Source: Amoebophrya sp. A120
Lineage: Eukaryota; Protista; Dinoflagellata
Length of the DNA: 35,964 nt
Assembly: GCA_905178155.1 (NCBI GenBank)
Contig: CAJINV010000001.1
Location: forward strand, 16,465,192-16,501,155
Direction of reading: 5' to 3'
Made by a program: the position numbers and the translations under genes. Below, piece after piece: positions 1-11,788 of this stretch. Below the pieces are notes generated by a model that saw only the letters and a list, made by a program, of their open reading frames with translations, had not been told where the DNA came from and ran no database searches. Position 1 is the first letter of the stretch, and each line of letters begins with the position of its first letter.

Positions 1-793
1 AAGGATTCATGGGAACGAACGCTTTTTCTGCGTCGCTTTAACGGCCTGCTGGGATGAGAGATAGAGGGAGAGAGGTGCTAGAGCACATAGATCAAATGAA
101 GGCGCGAAGGAGTAAGGACCTTTGGGTAAAAACCTCATGGTCAGTTACTCATCATCAAAGTACTGGGCCGTATTTTTTTCTTGAGTTGCCTTGCGGACTG
201 GCTGCTGGAAAAGAACCTTTTGAATTGAAGAGTTTCGATGTTTCCTTGCTTCCTCATCTCCAGCACAAAGTCTAGTAGCTTTGCCCCTGCCGTGCATGCG
301 ATAGGAGCATTAAACTATTTTACGTAAAAGTGTAGTAACAGTAGTGCAGACATTGCTGTCGTTCTTTTCACTCTAGCACCAACTGAACAGATCGGTACAG
401 GAAGTGACTAGACATCTGTGTTTTTTTTTGTTGTGCTGGTGCAAGAACAATCTTCGGTCACTCTTTCTTTGTTCCTGCAATACAAGATTTTTTTTCGTTT
501 TTGGCGGAAGCATACGAATTCCCTTTTTCTTGCTGTCGAGGCTCCTTTTCTTCATTTCGTTCATTGCAATGAAGCACATGTGGAACAAAGATAGAGTAGT
601 TTAGGCACGCCTGTTAGCAAATATTATTGGGATGTAGAAGCGAGAGCGACGAGACATGCGCAAAGAAATCACACAGGAGCACCTTTTCCATTTTACACCT
701 TTTCGGCACACATAAAAGTCGCTCACTTATTCGCTTTTTGTCCAGAGGACCAGATCACAAATCACTTGCAAAAAACGGCAAAGCACAGCGAAA

Positions 794-2416
794 ATGTTGA
801 GCTCCAACCCGGCAGGTGAGATTGAGCCTACAGCCTCGCGCGCCACCTCTGTCGCAAGTGCTGCGGAGGCGCCTGCAACTTTCGGACTGGAGGTCCTGGA
901 CTTGCGTGGGAAGCAGCTATGTCTCGAACCGCGCTCGTGGATCGCTGCAACAACTACGAAGAAGCAAGTAAAGCAGGCCATTGCAAAGGCTTGGCTGCTC
1001 TCCGAACGCAATACGGAAAAGAAGCGTAGCTGTTTTTGGGGGCGCGTTTTCGTCTTCCCCACGGGCGCTGAAATGGCTCAGCAGTGCAGCGTAGGAAGTC
1101 TCGACGTAGTGCAGGACGAGGAAAACTTCGCCGATTGGTGGCAGGGCCTGCAGGAGGAGGACAAGGAAGAGCAGACGACAAAGCCATCCCTCACATTCTT
1201 CGTACGCTACCGCAAAACCTTCGGGAGCCGCGAGGAACTAGATGTTGCGCTCCGTCCTTATTTGGAGGAAGGAAACGGCGACGGAACCCGAAGTGCGGAG
1301 CAACAGGCGAAAATTGAAGAAAGCGAGCAAGTCTATGGAAAGATCATTACGTGGGACGTAAGTGGTGTGAAAAATTTGCGGGAATTGTTTCAATATCAGA
1401 CCGAGTTTAATCTTGACATCCGCGGTTGGGACGTTTCCGGTGCGGAATGTATGAGATATATGTTCTACGACGCGTGCCGATTCAACCAGCCGGTAGAGGA
1501 TTGGGATGTTGGCAACGTGGAAGACATGACCGGAATGTTCTGCGGTGCGGAGGATTTCAACCAGCCCCTCGCCTCTTGGAACGTCAGCAACGTGGAAGAC
1601 ATGCGCTGGATGTTTTCGCTCGCGCTAACGTTCAACCAGCCGCTCGCATCTTGGGACGTCAGCAACGTGAAAGACATGTCGGGGATGTTCAACAGCGCAC
1701 GGAATTTCAACGAGCCCCTCGCCTCTTGGAACGTCAGCAACGTGCGCAGCATGGGGTCGATGCTCTATGGTGCGCTGAATTTCAACCAGCCCCTCGCCTC
1801 TTGGAACGTCAGCAACGTGCGCGACATGAGTTCGATGCTCAGTCAAGCACTGAATTTCAACCAGCCCCTCGCCTCTTGGAATGTCAGCGGCGTGGAAGAC
1901 ATGGAGTTCATGTTTGTGAGCGCGCAAAGGTTCAGCCAGCCACTTGCATCTTGGAACGTCAGCAACGTGCGCAGCATGAGGTATATGTTCCAAGGCGCCA
2001 CAGAGTTCAGCTATCCGCTGGACAGCTGGCAGGTGCAGGCGGGTACCAATCTCGACGGCATCACTTGCGGCGCCTCCTCCTACACACACGGGCTGCCGCA
2101 GAGGGTCCTTGACGATGCTGGCAACATCATCACCGAGGCAGTGCAAGTGGATTCGGATAGCGATTTTGAAGCCGAGGACGAGGGCACCAGCGACAGCGAC
2201 GGCGATTCAGGTATGTCTGAGCTTTGGTTGCCCTGCTTCATCATGGCTCCAGAGCCAAAATCTAATGAAGGCTTGCAATCAGTAGTTTCTCTTCTCTGCA
2301 GATATCATTTCGATGAAATTTTCGCAGGTAGTCATGTCGACGGCGATGAAGAGGAGGAAGATGCCGAATCCCACTTAGATTCCGAGGGGCTGCAGGAAGA
2401 TGCTGGACTTGAGTAG
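794..2416 (+). CDS. DUF285/BspA-type repeat protein with putative N-terminal ubiquitin-like domain and acidic tail; likely join(794..2210,2328..2416)
   Basis: About 9 repeats of 25 aa of the form F-N-Q-P-L-A-S-W-N-V-S-N-V-x-x-M-x-x-M-F, preceded by YGKIITWDVSGVKN, typical of DUF285. Probable in-frame GT-AG intron 2211..2327 interrupts the acidic tail. Confidence 0.85.
   Translation: MLSSNPAGEIEPTASRATSVASAAEAPATFGLEVLDLRGKQLCLEPRSWIAATTTKKQVKQAIAKAWLLSERNTEKKRSCFWGRVFVFPTGAEMAQQCSVGSLDVVQDEENFADWWQGLQEEDKEEQTTKPSLTFFVRYRKTFGSREELDVALRPYLEEGNGDGTRSAEQQAKIEESEQVYGKIITWDVSGVKNLRELFQYQTEFNLDIRGWDVSGAECMRYMFYDACRFNQPVEDWDVGNVEDMTGMFCGAEDFNQPLASWNVSNVEDMRWMFSLALTFNQPLASWDVSNVKDMSGMFNSARNFNEPLASWNVSNVRSMGSMLYGALNFNQPLASWNVSNVRDMSSMLSQALNFNQPLASWNVSGVEDMEFMFVSAQRFSQPLASWNVSNVRSMRYMFQGATEFSYPLDSWQVQAGTNLDGITCGASSYTHGLPQRVLDDAGNIITEAVQVDSDSDFEAEDEGTSDSDGDSGMSELWLPCFIMAPEPKSNEGLQSVVSLLCRYHFDEIFAGSHVDGDEEEEDAESHLDSEGLQEDAGLE
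1481..2030 (+). repeat. 75-bp coding tandem repeat (DUF285 units)
   Basis: ttcaaccagcccctcgcctcttggaacgtcagcaacgtg, with minor variants, recurs at 75-nt spacing. Confidence 0.9.
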
Positions 2417-4766
2417 GATTCCAATCGCGAGGAACAAAACAGAGTCAGGATTTCACACGTGGGCCTTCTTGTCACAGCAAACGTTCAGAATGGCCGCTCT
2501 ATTTGATAGGAGGGCACCAAGAGGGCGTCTTGCGTTGAAGCAAGCAGGTATCCTCCTAGGCTTGCTAGACTTGATGCCAAGTGCAGCTTTCGAACGTGGC
2601 ACCAGTATGCTTTCGTCATTTTTCTGCGCGCGAAACCGAAATAGTATGCCAATCCCGATGGTCAAATATTAAATAAAACAGGTGTCATCAACTACTTACT
2701 ACATCTATTTTCTTCTTTCCCTATTTCTAGTGGACCACGGGCGCGTTGGAAGTTAAATCCGCGAGTTCCTGTGTATTTGGAAGTGACGGATCGAGACGCC
2801 GAGACCTTCCCTTGCAAACTACACAGTTTCTAGCAAAACGCCATCGCCGCACTCCGAATTATGGAGGTATACTATCGCCATGCAGTTGATATCCTTTAGC
2901 GTTGGCGGGCAAATGCAAATCCGCATGACCAGTCAACGGCCACGATTTAGGTTAATTGTAGATTTTTAGGCATTACAACTTGGCTGCTTGTTGTTCAATT
3001 AGCGTATCATCTCTATCTGTAAATAAACTCTAACTACAGGTACGAGAGCAGAGGTGTTGTTATGCAGCAGGTGCAGTATCTTGGAGATCGTGAACGACGA
3101 ATTGATTGAGAAGCATCATCAAGTAATGTACGACGAGCATCCGGAAAATCGCACCCGCTCTAAAGTTTGAATTAAAAGAATGCGCGATGTCATATTACAT
3201 ACATAAGTTTAAGTACTCATACATGAAAATGGAATACATAGAAGTGAAGAGATACCGAATCGCTCGAGGCCGTCGAGACCAAATGGCTGCACAGCAACAA
3301 AGTTTCGTAGTGTAAATGCATACCGCGGTATCCAACAATCTGCACTGTACAGCCAACAAATGAATTGTCGCAGCATGGCGCCACTATCAGAGCATGATCG
3401 ACCACTCCCGGCCTTGCGTACATTGCAACAGCATCCTCGTACAAGAGTAGTGCTCTGTGGTCATATCGTTGCTTATAAAGTCAAACAAGAGATACGACAT
3501 TTTTACTATCATGAGTTTCTCCTTCTCCACCTCCTCCTGTACAAGCCTTTTGTTTCGAAGTAGCATCAAATTTCCAAATTAGACATATTCCACATAAAAG
3601 CAGTATTTATGTATTTTGCACAGAACTGCCATGAGTGTGTTGTGTGGCTTCAAGAGAGACGCTCTGTGCGAGAGTTTCACAGTGTTCACGCATCACAGGC
3701 GTAGGAGATGATCTCTTCTGAAGTTGATCCAGTGCTCGATAAAAATAACTTCGCTGTCATCTGCAATTGCTTCGCATCATCAAAGATCCATCGGGCAGGG
3801 AATAAAGGAGAACTCCCTCCGGGAAAGGTAGCCTCAACTTTGGATAGCCACGGCGCAAGCTGCAGCTGTCCGCGCCGAGATCAGGCAATTGTGCATGTGG
3901 AGCTCGTCTTCATCTTGTTGTTTCAAGAAGCTCCAACTCCATATGGTATTAGTAATTTTTCTCAACAACTACGAACTGCTACCTTTTTGGAAGAAGTGCG
4001 TCGAGTGGTATTAAAAACGTACAATGTTTCTCACAAAAATTCAAAGTCTCCGCTGCAAGAGGATAAAGTCTTCATTTTGCTTCTTCACCCCAGAGGACAC
4101 GAAAGGCACCTTCCGTTTCGCACAGAAAAATGTCGTTGCTTCGTCCCAATTTGGTTTCGCAAGTAATTTTTGCGTGACGTCGAGCGGGTTGTCGTGTCTA
4201 CTCTATCGACTTGTTCACTGATCCTGCTAAATTCTTTTTCCCCTGAAGTAGACCATCGATGGAAAATGAAAAAGCGCGAGGACAGGAATCCCCGCCTTTA
4301 TGTCTTCTTTCATCTCACGTCGACGTCGACCGACTCGTCTAGCAGTGGTGGAGCAACCAATAACCAGCAGCACCTCAAGAAGCGCATCCATGGTGTAGCC
4401 TTTATTGCTGTGTCCGCGTAGTTGCTGTTGGAAAATGCTACTTGTTCATCTACTGTTCTCCGTGGTCGTTCCTCGACGCAAGGATCTTCAATACCACGAG
4501 GAGGATTTTTGCAGTCAGTTGTAGAAACACAAGATTTACTTACTTCCTGGAACGATCAGTTTCGTCCCCTGGGTGCTGGCAAAGTAGTTCTTGCACAGTA
4601 GGCTGTAGTTGTGAGCAGTCGGTCTGATGATGTGCACCAGCTGCTGCTGCTGCTGTGTAGAAGTGTTATTTCCCCACATTTGAAGAGTTCGTCTGCCCCT
4701 CTTCCTGCCGCACCAAACAATTCAACTCCAGGCCGTCTAACGTATCCTGTGCAAAAGTATCGCACT

Positions 4767-4829
4767 CGTGTAAATGCATTACAAATTTCCTCAGCATGAG
4801 AGATAAAATTTGTAATGCTGATTTACCGT
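4767..4829. repeat. Small inverted-repeat element flanked by CGT direct repeats
   Basis: cgt-gtaaatgcattacaaattt ... aaatttgtaatgctgatttac-cgt; 13-bp perfect core stem, extending to 19 bp with a 2-nt bulge. Confidence 0.6.
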
Positions 4830-4879
4830 AACATGGACATGCTGATTGGATTCTTCGGGACTTCTCGGACGTACCAGAC

Positions 4880-5533
4880 ATGGACATCCCGACCTGCGTC
4901 GGGCCGGTTTGCGAAGCAAAAGTAGACAGCTTTGCTTGCTGTGCGCGGCTCTGTCGGTCAATGCCGGAAGACACCTGCCAAGGCTACGCCTACGAGCCGA
5001 CTTCGTTCTTCTCTCGTCGCTCGATAGAGAGCGGTGCCATGCAGGATCATGCGACTCCCACCGCCGCCGATGGTGCCGACGATGTCGCGACTAACATCGG
5101 TGGTGCCACTGCGGCGACTAACACCGTTGGTGCCACTGGGGCGACTAACACCGTTGGTGCCACTGGGGACACTAGTGAGCCCGCTACGACTACCGTCGCA
5201 GACGATGCCCCCGACGAAATCGTGCTTGACAAATTCCGTCCCTGCGATCCACCTCTGGAGTGCCTCAAAGAGGTTTGTTGCGTTCCTGAGAGCCAGAAAA
5301 CCGCGAAACCAGTTGTGAACGCAATATTGATGACTGACGACGAAGGGGAAGAGGGGGCAACCAATGATACAAACAGCACCGTGCCGGAAGGAGGTTTCGC
5401 AATCGCAAGTGGCGTTCTTGCCGCTGCTGGTATTGCCGTCGCTGCTGTTGCCGCTAATCCGGAGCTTATGGCAGATAGAAAAGCGCGCCCATGGTTGACA
5501 AAGTTTGTTTTTCGCTCGGGGTTTGTCATGTAA
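4880..5533 (+). CDS. Cys-rich, Thr/Ala-repeat protein with C-terminal hydrophobic anchor (probably the last exon; 5' end unresolved)
   Basis: CCARLCRSMPEDTCQGYAY (PAN/Apple-like Cys spacing), ATNTVGATG repeats, second Cys cluster CDPPLECLKEVCC, hydrophobic GGFAIASGVLAAAGIAVAAVAA. Confidence 0.55.
   Translation: MDIPTCVGPVCEAKVDSFACCARLCRSMPEDTCQGYAYEPTSFFSRRSIESGAMQDHATPTAADGADDVATNIGGATAATNTVGATGATNTVGATGDTSEPATTTVADDAPDEIVLDKFRPCDPPLECLKEVCCVPESQKTAKPVVNAILMTDDEGEEGATNDTNSTVPEGGFAIASGVLAAAGIAVAAVAANPELMADRKARPWLTKFVFRSGFVM
5087..5167 (+). repeat. 27-bp tandem repeat x3
   Basis: gcgactaacaccgttggtgccactggg units encoding ATNTVGATG. Confidence 0.85.
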
Positions 5534-6363
5534 GAGACGCTTGCGCATTTCTAAGCGTTGCTATGGGCCACGCTTTCACCTCAGTGCAAGTTCGTGTCTT
5601 GCACTTAAAATATCTGTAGGAGAACTGAGTCTTTTTGCTACGCGACACGGGCGCGCGTTTCCGTCGGATAGGTTTTGCGGCTGGTGTGTTGGCTGTTAGG
5701 TGACGCCGTGAATACGCTACCGAAGGCTTGGGGCGGAGGCATGGAATCTTTGTCCTATCACATGATGGGAGAAGTGCTCGACTCCGTGAAAATGCTTTCA
5801 GAGTAGGCCAGTGAGAAAAATACCGCAATACCTATGTGAAGTGCAAAGCGTTGCTTGACTTCGTTCACGTTTACCACTGACTGTTTACTTGGTTACAGTG
5901 TCAGTCGGTCCATGTAGAGTCGATTCGAGTTCAGCGACCGCATTTCTCTGTCGTCTGTACCGTTGCTACTTTCCGTTTTTTGAATATGGCAAACGATCTT
6001 GACAAGGTGAAGATCTCCGATCGCACGCACTTCTCTGTGGGTCTCTCTGGAATACCGGATCCGAAAATATGGCTTGCGCACACATGTCTTGACGCAGCAG
6101 CCTGAGAGAAATTTCGGCTGCGACTTCTCTCTCTGTTTATTTTGCGAAATTGTGTGAAGACTGGCCCGAAGAGAATGCAAATTGGAAAGAGTTCTGCGTT
6201 GTTTTGATATGCAATAACTCTTGAAGTGCGAGAGCTTGAATTGGCGCCACAGTATAACTCGCAAGACAAACAGTATTTGCGGCGCAGGTGCAGTAGGTCG
6301 GTTTACCTCGATAAATGTTGCAGAGGCCTTTGAAAACTTGATGACGGAGGAGTTGTGCGACAG

Positions 6364-9300
6364 TGCCTACCCCGGTGCGCGACCTTCTCCTTGGCTTGTC
6401 CCGAAGTAGCGCAGCCACCTCAAATCCGATTCTGGACAACGAGAGCGGTTCCGCGCGAGGTGTTTCTGGCACTGGAAGTAGCGATCATGTGGAAGAAGAA
6501 ACAGTTCCTGGTCCCTCAACATCCACTGGGACTGCTGGCGCAGCGGGCAGTGATATTCAATCTAGTCACGATGAGGTCGTTGCTGCTCCGCAAACTTCAG
6601 CTTCGAATCCAGCAGCAGCTGCAGGAGGTAGTGTTAGCCAAGAGCCGCGTCCGCAACCAGGTTCTAGCGCCCCTTCCGGGGGAGCTTCATCCGGACTGGA
6701 TTCGACTGGCGATGGCGGGGAAGTTGTTCTGTCTAATACCGGAGATTCTCCCACACCTGGCACTGGAGGAGACGTCGGACGACTGGGAGAACATGGAGGC
6801 GATGTGAGTCCGCCTGTCCCTGATGCTCCAGCACGGGGAAGGCGTGGTGTGGAGGACGATGTCCCTTCTATCGGGACAAGCAGGTCGCTGTCGCCACCAG
6901 GCGGACGTCGCCACGACCGCGACGCATCTCCAGATCCGGGTGCCCGTCGCGGCGCGGCTACGGGCGGTGGTGGCGATGACGATAATCACAGCAGTGCAGA
7001 TGATGGTACGAGAAATTGTGATGGTGACGCCCATTCGTCGGTTTGCGGTTATGACGACCTATTTCGAAGGAATGAAGACGATTTTGGAAACGCGGGCTCA
7101 TCTTCTTCCCAGGATGGGAAAGAAGATGATCAACACGAACAAGGAGTTGGCAGCGCGTCTGAAAATGCGCCCGAGCAGCCGACGTCGGAGACCGGGCGCG
7201 GAGAAGAGGACCTCCACCGTAACGCGGCCTCGCCCGCTGGTGCAGCCAATGACAACCGATCAAAACAAGACACTGCTTTCGGCCCTCTTGCCGCAGAGGG
7301 CTCAAGCTCCGCAAGCTCATCTTCGGCACGGCAGGATGCGGCAGGTGGTGTCAGGCAGATTGCTGCCACTGCGCAAGCACAACAAGAAGACGGCAGGTCT
7401 CTCGAAAGCCGCACGGCCAGTTGCGAAGACCTCTACTTGGATGTTCTTCGCGAAAGAGTAGGCAAAAGCAAGCCGCGCGATTATTGGAACACAACTGTGG
7501 ACTTGGGAGCGGACTATTTGCAAAAATTCCAAGAACAAGTTGAGAGACCGCGAGAAGAGGGCGGGAAACGGGTTGCGCCGGATGAAACCGACTGGAGCGT
7601 ATTAAAGATAGATACTTTGTAGTCACGCTCTTGCATTTTCTTTCGAAGCACATTAGGATATAGAATTGAGTACTGGCGTGGCTACGTTTAATTTTGACGG
7701 CAAGTTTTGTTCTACGCGTCTAGTATCAGGAGGAGGAAAAGCAGAAGCTACGTCGATGTACTGTATTAGCCTGTTGATGATATGCAGAACGAAGGCGGCC
7801 GCAAGGGCCTCTACTTTTGACATTCATCAACTGGATATTATTTACAACACCCCAGGTGCGACTTCTCATGACCATGGTGAGAGAAACGTGCAATCCTGCT
7901 ACGGTGTACGAGACGTCTGGCAGTCTTTCTCTGACAATTCCCGCCCTGTATGACTCTGATAAGCTCAAGACTGGATGTCACAAAAGCGACAAAGCGTTTT
8001 TTCGAGAAGTGCTGGATTTTTTCCACGAACAGTCTGTGAGAAAGAAACCACGGAAGCCAGGTAAGAGTCCGAAGACCCGAAGTGTTGTAATTTGGAACCC
8101 GCCAGTGGCCCATGCATTTTTCCGGTACAATGGGAAGACGGAGGATGATACATGTGCTTATGTGGCCCCTGCGGAGTTTGCGAGGCCTGTGAACATGGCA
8201 AGGAATCGGCGACACCGCAACGTGTTAGAAGCGAGGTGCCGTCTGGGTATGGCAACGGAACTGCTCTTCCAGAACTCGTCAAGACTTTACAGTTCGCTGA
8301 AATTTCCGATTAAGCATGGTACGTCTAGTGTGGTGGATGGCTGTTTTATACCGTGGTCAATTTGAAAAATCTGTCTCTGTTTCTGTTGATTGGCTGTATT
8401 TTTTTGACACATACGACTAGCGGAATCTTGTGTACATGTCATGTTCATATTACGCCATTCGGGTTTTGCTGCACAGGTCGCGTCCCGCGATTGATCCGTG
8501 AAGCGCTCTCTATTTGCAGTCCGATTACACCCACACACTCTATGAATGTTCTTTAGCGCTCGTGATCAAAAAGTTAAGCGGCTGTAAGGGTCATTCAGTG
8601 CAAAAAAAATCTGCTTCAGGTTATTGCCTAAGTCCGGAGTTGCAGGAAGACTACCTACGGAACCTGTTTGTTAGCCGTGATCCCTTAAACGAGGATTGGT
8701 ATCCACTTTTCCGGAAAATGTTCCGCAAATTCGCTCGCAAGTGGCGCGGAGGTTCCGATGGAAAAAGCCTGTGCTGGTCCTATGATCAGTTTCAGTGGGA
8801 TTGGAGGACATTCCATGCGAAGCGTCTCCGAAATCTTGCGAAGTACCGGAAAAATCCGTACTTTCGCGCAGAACCTCTCCCGAAAATGTTGGCGGAGGAT
8901 CCAGAACTTTATCTCGTTTCGCGGCCAACGAAGATCGATTACGACTTCGCGGACATCGAAGATTCTCCTACACCTGGCGCTGAAGAAGACGTAGGACGAC
9001 TGGGAGAACATGGACGCGATGTGGATCCACCTGTTCCTCATCCTCCAGCACCGGGCAGGCGAGATGCGGACACACTGCTACACAATGGCACCGGAGGCGG
9101 AGGTTGCTACAACCGCTCCCCATCTCCCGATTCGGATGCCTGTCGCGGCGTGGCTGCAACAGGCGATGGCGCTGACGATAGAGGCACGCACCCCCCACCA
9201 CCGCTACCATACTATTGGATCGGACACGGACCAGGTGCCCTCAGCCGTTCCCCATCTCCTGATTCGGATGCCCCTCGCGGCGTGGCTGCAGCAGGCGATG

Positions 9301-11222
9301 GTGATGACGATAGAGGCACCCGCATATCTGGAAGTGAGAGTGGCGCCGACAAGAGGGGTCAGTTCTTTTCTCTGCTACCGTCAGTCGCTTCGTCAGTCTC
9401 TGAGCATCATCAGGCTGTAGTTCGGCGGCCTCTGAGCAGCCCACCTGCGTTCGGCGGTAGTTCGTCTAGTTCCGCGGCATACATCGCTCCTTCGCAGGGA
9501 GCAAGGCAAACGGCGGCCGTGATCGATAAAGCGACCACGCGAGTCCGAGCCCGACGCCGGCGCCACGAGTCCGACTCCGACTCCGACGATGATTTGCCGT
9601 TGGATGAAGAAGCAGAAGCGAAGGCAGTGGCTTCTGGCGTTGCGACGGTGCAAATGCGGGAAGGATACGGTGCAGAGAGTTGTGAAAATCTGTTTCTTGA
9701 GGTTCTTCGCGAACAGATAGGGGACAAGACGCCGCGTGACTTCTGGAATGTGGATGTAGATCTGGGGCGTGACCGGCTACGGGAGGCAAATGACGCGATC
9801 ATCGCGTCATTTGTCTCCCGTAGCCGGTCATATTCAGCAAATCATCGGATGAAGGGATTTGCTGACGTTTTCCCTGCTGCCCGCTGGAAAGTATCTTTCT
9901 ATTAAAAGAACGATCAGCATCAAGAGTTTCTTATACTTTTGAAACAATCTGGTAGACTAACGACCGCCAGTGCCAGTCGGTCTTACATTTTTAAAATCGC
10001 CATTGGAAAACCTTGAACACTTCACCTGTAGTGATGTCGTGCGTTGTGTACTATGAGTCGCGATGGATTCTTTTTCTCACAAACTTGCGTCTATCAAATT
10101 GATTCCAGGTCTCCACCATTTTCGCGATGATGCCCTTCTGTCACATCGATGTGGCGTCGGGAAACATGGAATACCAGTATGACCAGTGGCCAGCGCGTGA
10201 GGAAATGGTTTACGATTCGGAACGCTTGAGCACTGGGTGCGTTCGCGAGGATAAGGAATTTTTTAAGAAGGTATGGGACTTCTTTCACGAAAAACGGAGT
10301 GCCGGGACTGTTTTCACGAAAAACGGAGTAACCGAAGTCGAGTCCGCGGTTGTAGTTTGGGACGACCCGCTGGTCTACCGCAACGGTGGCCCGAGCCTCC
10401 ACGATGCCGCTGCTCTAATCAGTACCGACACGGAAACCTACCGCAGTTTAAGAGAGCAGCGCTGCCGCATCGGTATGGTGACGGAGCACCTGTTCCAAGC
10501 TGACGTCCAAATAGAGGAGTTCATGGCGCGGTTCCTTATCGAGCCCTATGGTATCACTTGCACAGACATATCAACCTGTGATGGATCTGGAACCTTTTTT
10601 TCTACAAATTCTCAGCGAACTAGTAATATGGCATACATTGATTCAAAATTCTTGATGAGTTTCTCCAATAGGAAAACCAAAAATCTCTAAGCTCCATTGA
10701 AATCGCAATTATGGGATGCGCTTTTTGTCTCCTTACCAGCAATTGTTTGCAAAAATAGTGCCATAAGTATTTACAATTCAGTGGCGTTCATTGCGTTTTT
10801 TCACAGGTTATTGTCTCAGCACCGAATCGCCGAAGGAGCTGAATGAAGAGGAACCGAAGTGGCCCGAGGCCGTTCGTGGACGAATGCGAGATCAACCTCG
10901 GTTAATGTTAACCGACGTCCCTGCTGTGCAGCCTAGATGGCACGCGTATTTCCAACTGGACTTCGAAGACAGAGCGGCTTTCTGGCGGCAGAACTCCGAC
11001 GCCCGGAGCCCGGAGTGGACGTATCGCCATTTCCGGTGGTGTTGGACTAGGGCACGGTCGAAGTCCGTTCCCCACAAGGGCGAAAACCCATTTGCCTTTG
11101 CGAGTAGAGAGTCGCAACGGATGTATCCGGGCTTCAATCCTCGAGACGCGAAATGGGTCGAAAAATTCCAGGCAGTTCTGCAGGACATCAAGCTACCGAG
11201 GATAATCGACTACCGGGACTAG
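6364..11222 (+). CDS. Protein with two tandem copies of domain X, each preceded by a low-complexity linker; join(<6364..7598,7856..8318,8620..9890,10109..10550,10807..11222), about 1275 aa, 5' exon(s) not found
   Basis: Four GT-AG introns with matching phases join the ORFs into one frame (TDWS|VRLL, KHG|YCL, ARWK|VSTI, PYG|YCL). The same junctions recur in the paralogs. Confidence 0.8.
9112..9320 (+). repeat. ~75-bp direct duplication within the linker (about 9112-9187 and 9245-9320)
   Basis: RSPSPDSDACRGVAATGDGADDRGT versus RSPSPDSDAPRGVAAAGDGDDDRGT, near-identical DNA. Confidence 0.85.
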
Positions 11223-11467
11223 GACCCGTGGTATCGGAAAAAGATGAGAGTGAAGCAAGTGCAAGTGCAACAAAGTGACGGCCCCGGATTATCCTAGTGA
11301 TGCACTTCACAATGCTCAAGTCTCGAACCAAGAAATCAATCGTGATCTCACTTCTACAGCGCCGACAATCAGAGCTCTTAGGCCTAGAGTGGAGTAGAAG
11401 CAAGTGCAAGTCTTCGACCTTGTCGGACTTCCGGTTTGTTCTTCTAGCTTTTCGCAAAAATGAGAAA

Positions 11468-11788
11468 ATGGCTCTGTTGCAAAAGCAATATACGCAATGG
11501 GCGAAGACAACGGGACCTGTGAGTCGGCTGCTTCTTGAGGAGGATGCGAAACAACTTCTCGACGGTTCGATAAAAATGCGCTTGGAGTTGTGCCGGTCCG
11601 AAGAAGTGATAACGATCCATTGTGCACGACATAAACGCGCCTCTACCGTACTTACTTACTTCTTCTCCCTCCCACGCCAGCTTCGTCCGCTCGAAGAAGA
11701 GCAACACGGCTTCCGGCTACGGTTGCAGAATCAACATGATCATGGTCGTTCCTGCACTCTATGTATGAGCACCCCAAAGAACCCTTGA
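11468..11788 (+). CDS. Possible small hypothetical protein or first exon (weak beta-grasp/SUMO-like pattern)
   Basis: Open frame from ATG 11468 with protein-like composition (IKMRLELCRSEEVITIHC...); no firm motif. Confidence 0.2.
   Translation: MALLQKQYTQWAKTTGPVSRLLLEEDAKQLLDGSIKMRLELCRSEEVITIHCARHKRASTVLTYFFSLPRQLRPLEEEQHGFRLRLQNQHDHGRSCTLCMSTPKNP

Noticed and set aside
1481-2030. Regularly spaced repeats that might suggest a CRISPR array
   Set aside because: They are in-frame 75-bp coding repeats of DUF285 in a eukaryotic context, with no cas genes.
2420-4700. Short ORFs on both strands
   Set aside because: No motifs or consistent splice model; a possible signal-peptide start near 4435 could not be linked to ORF 4880.
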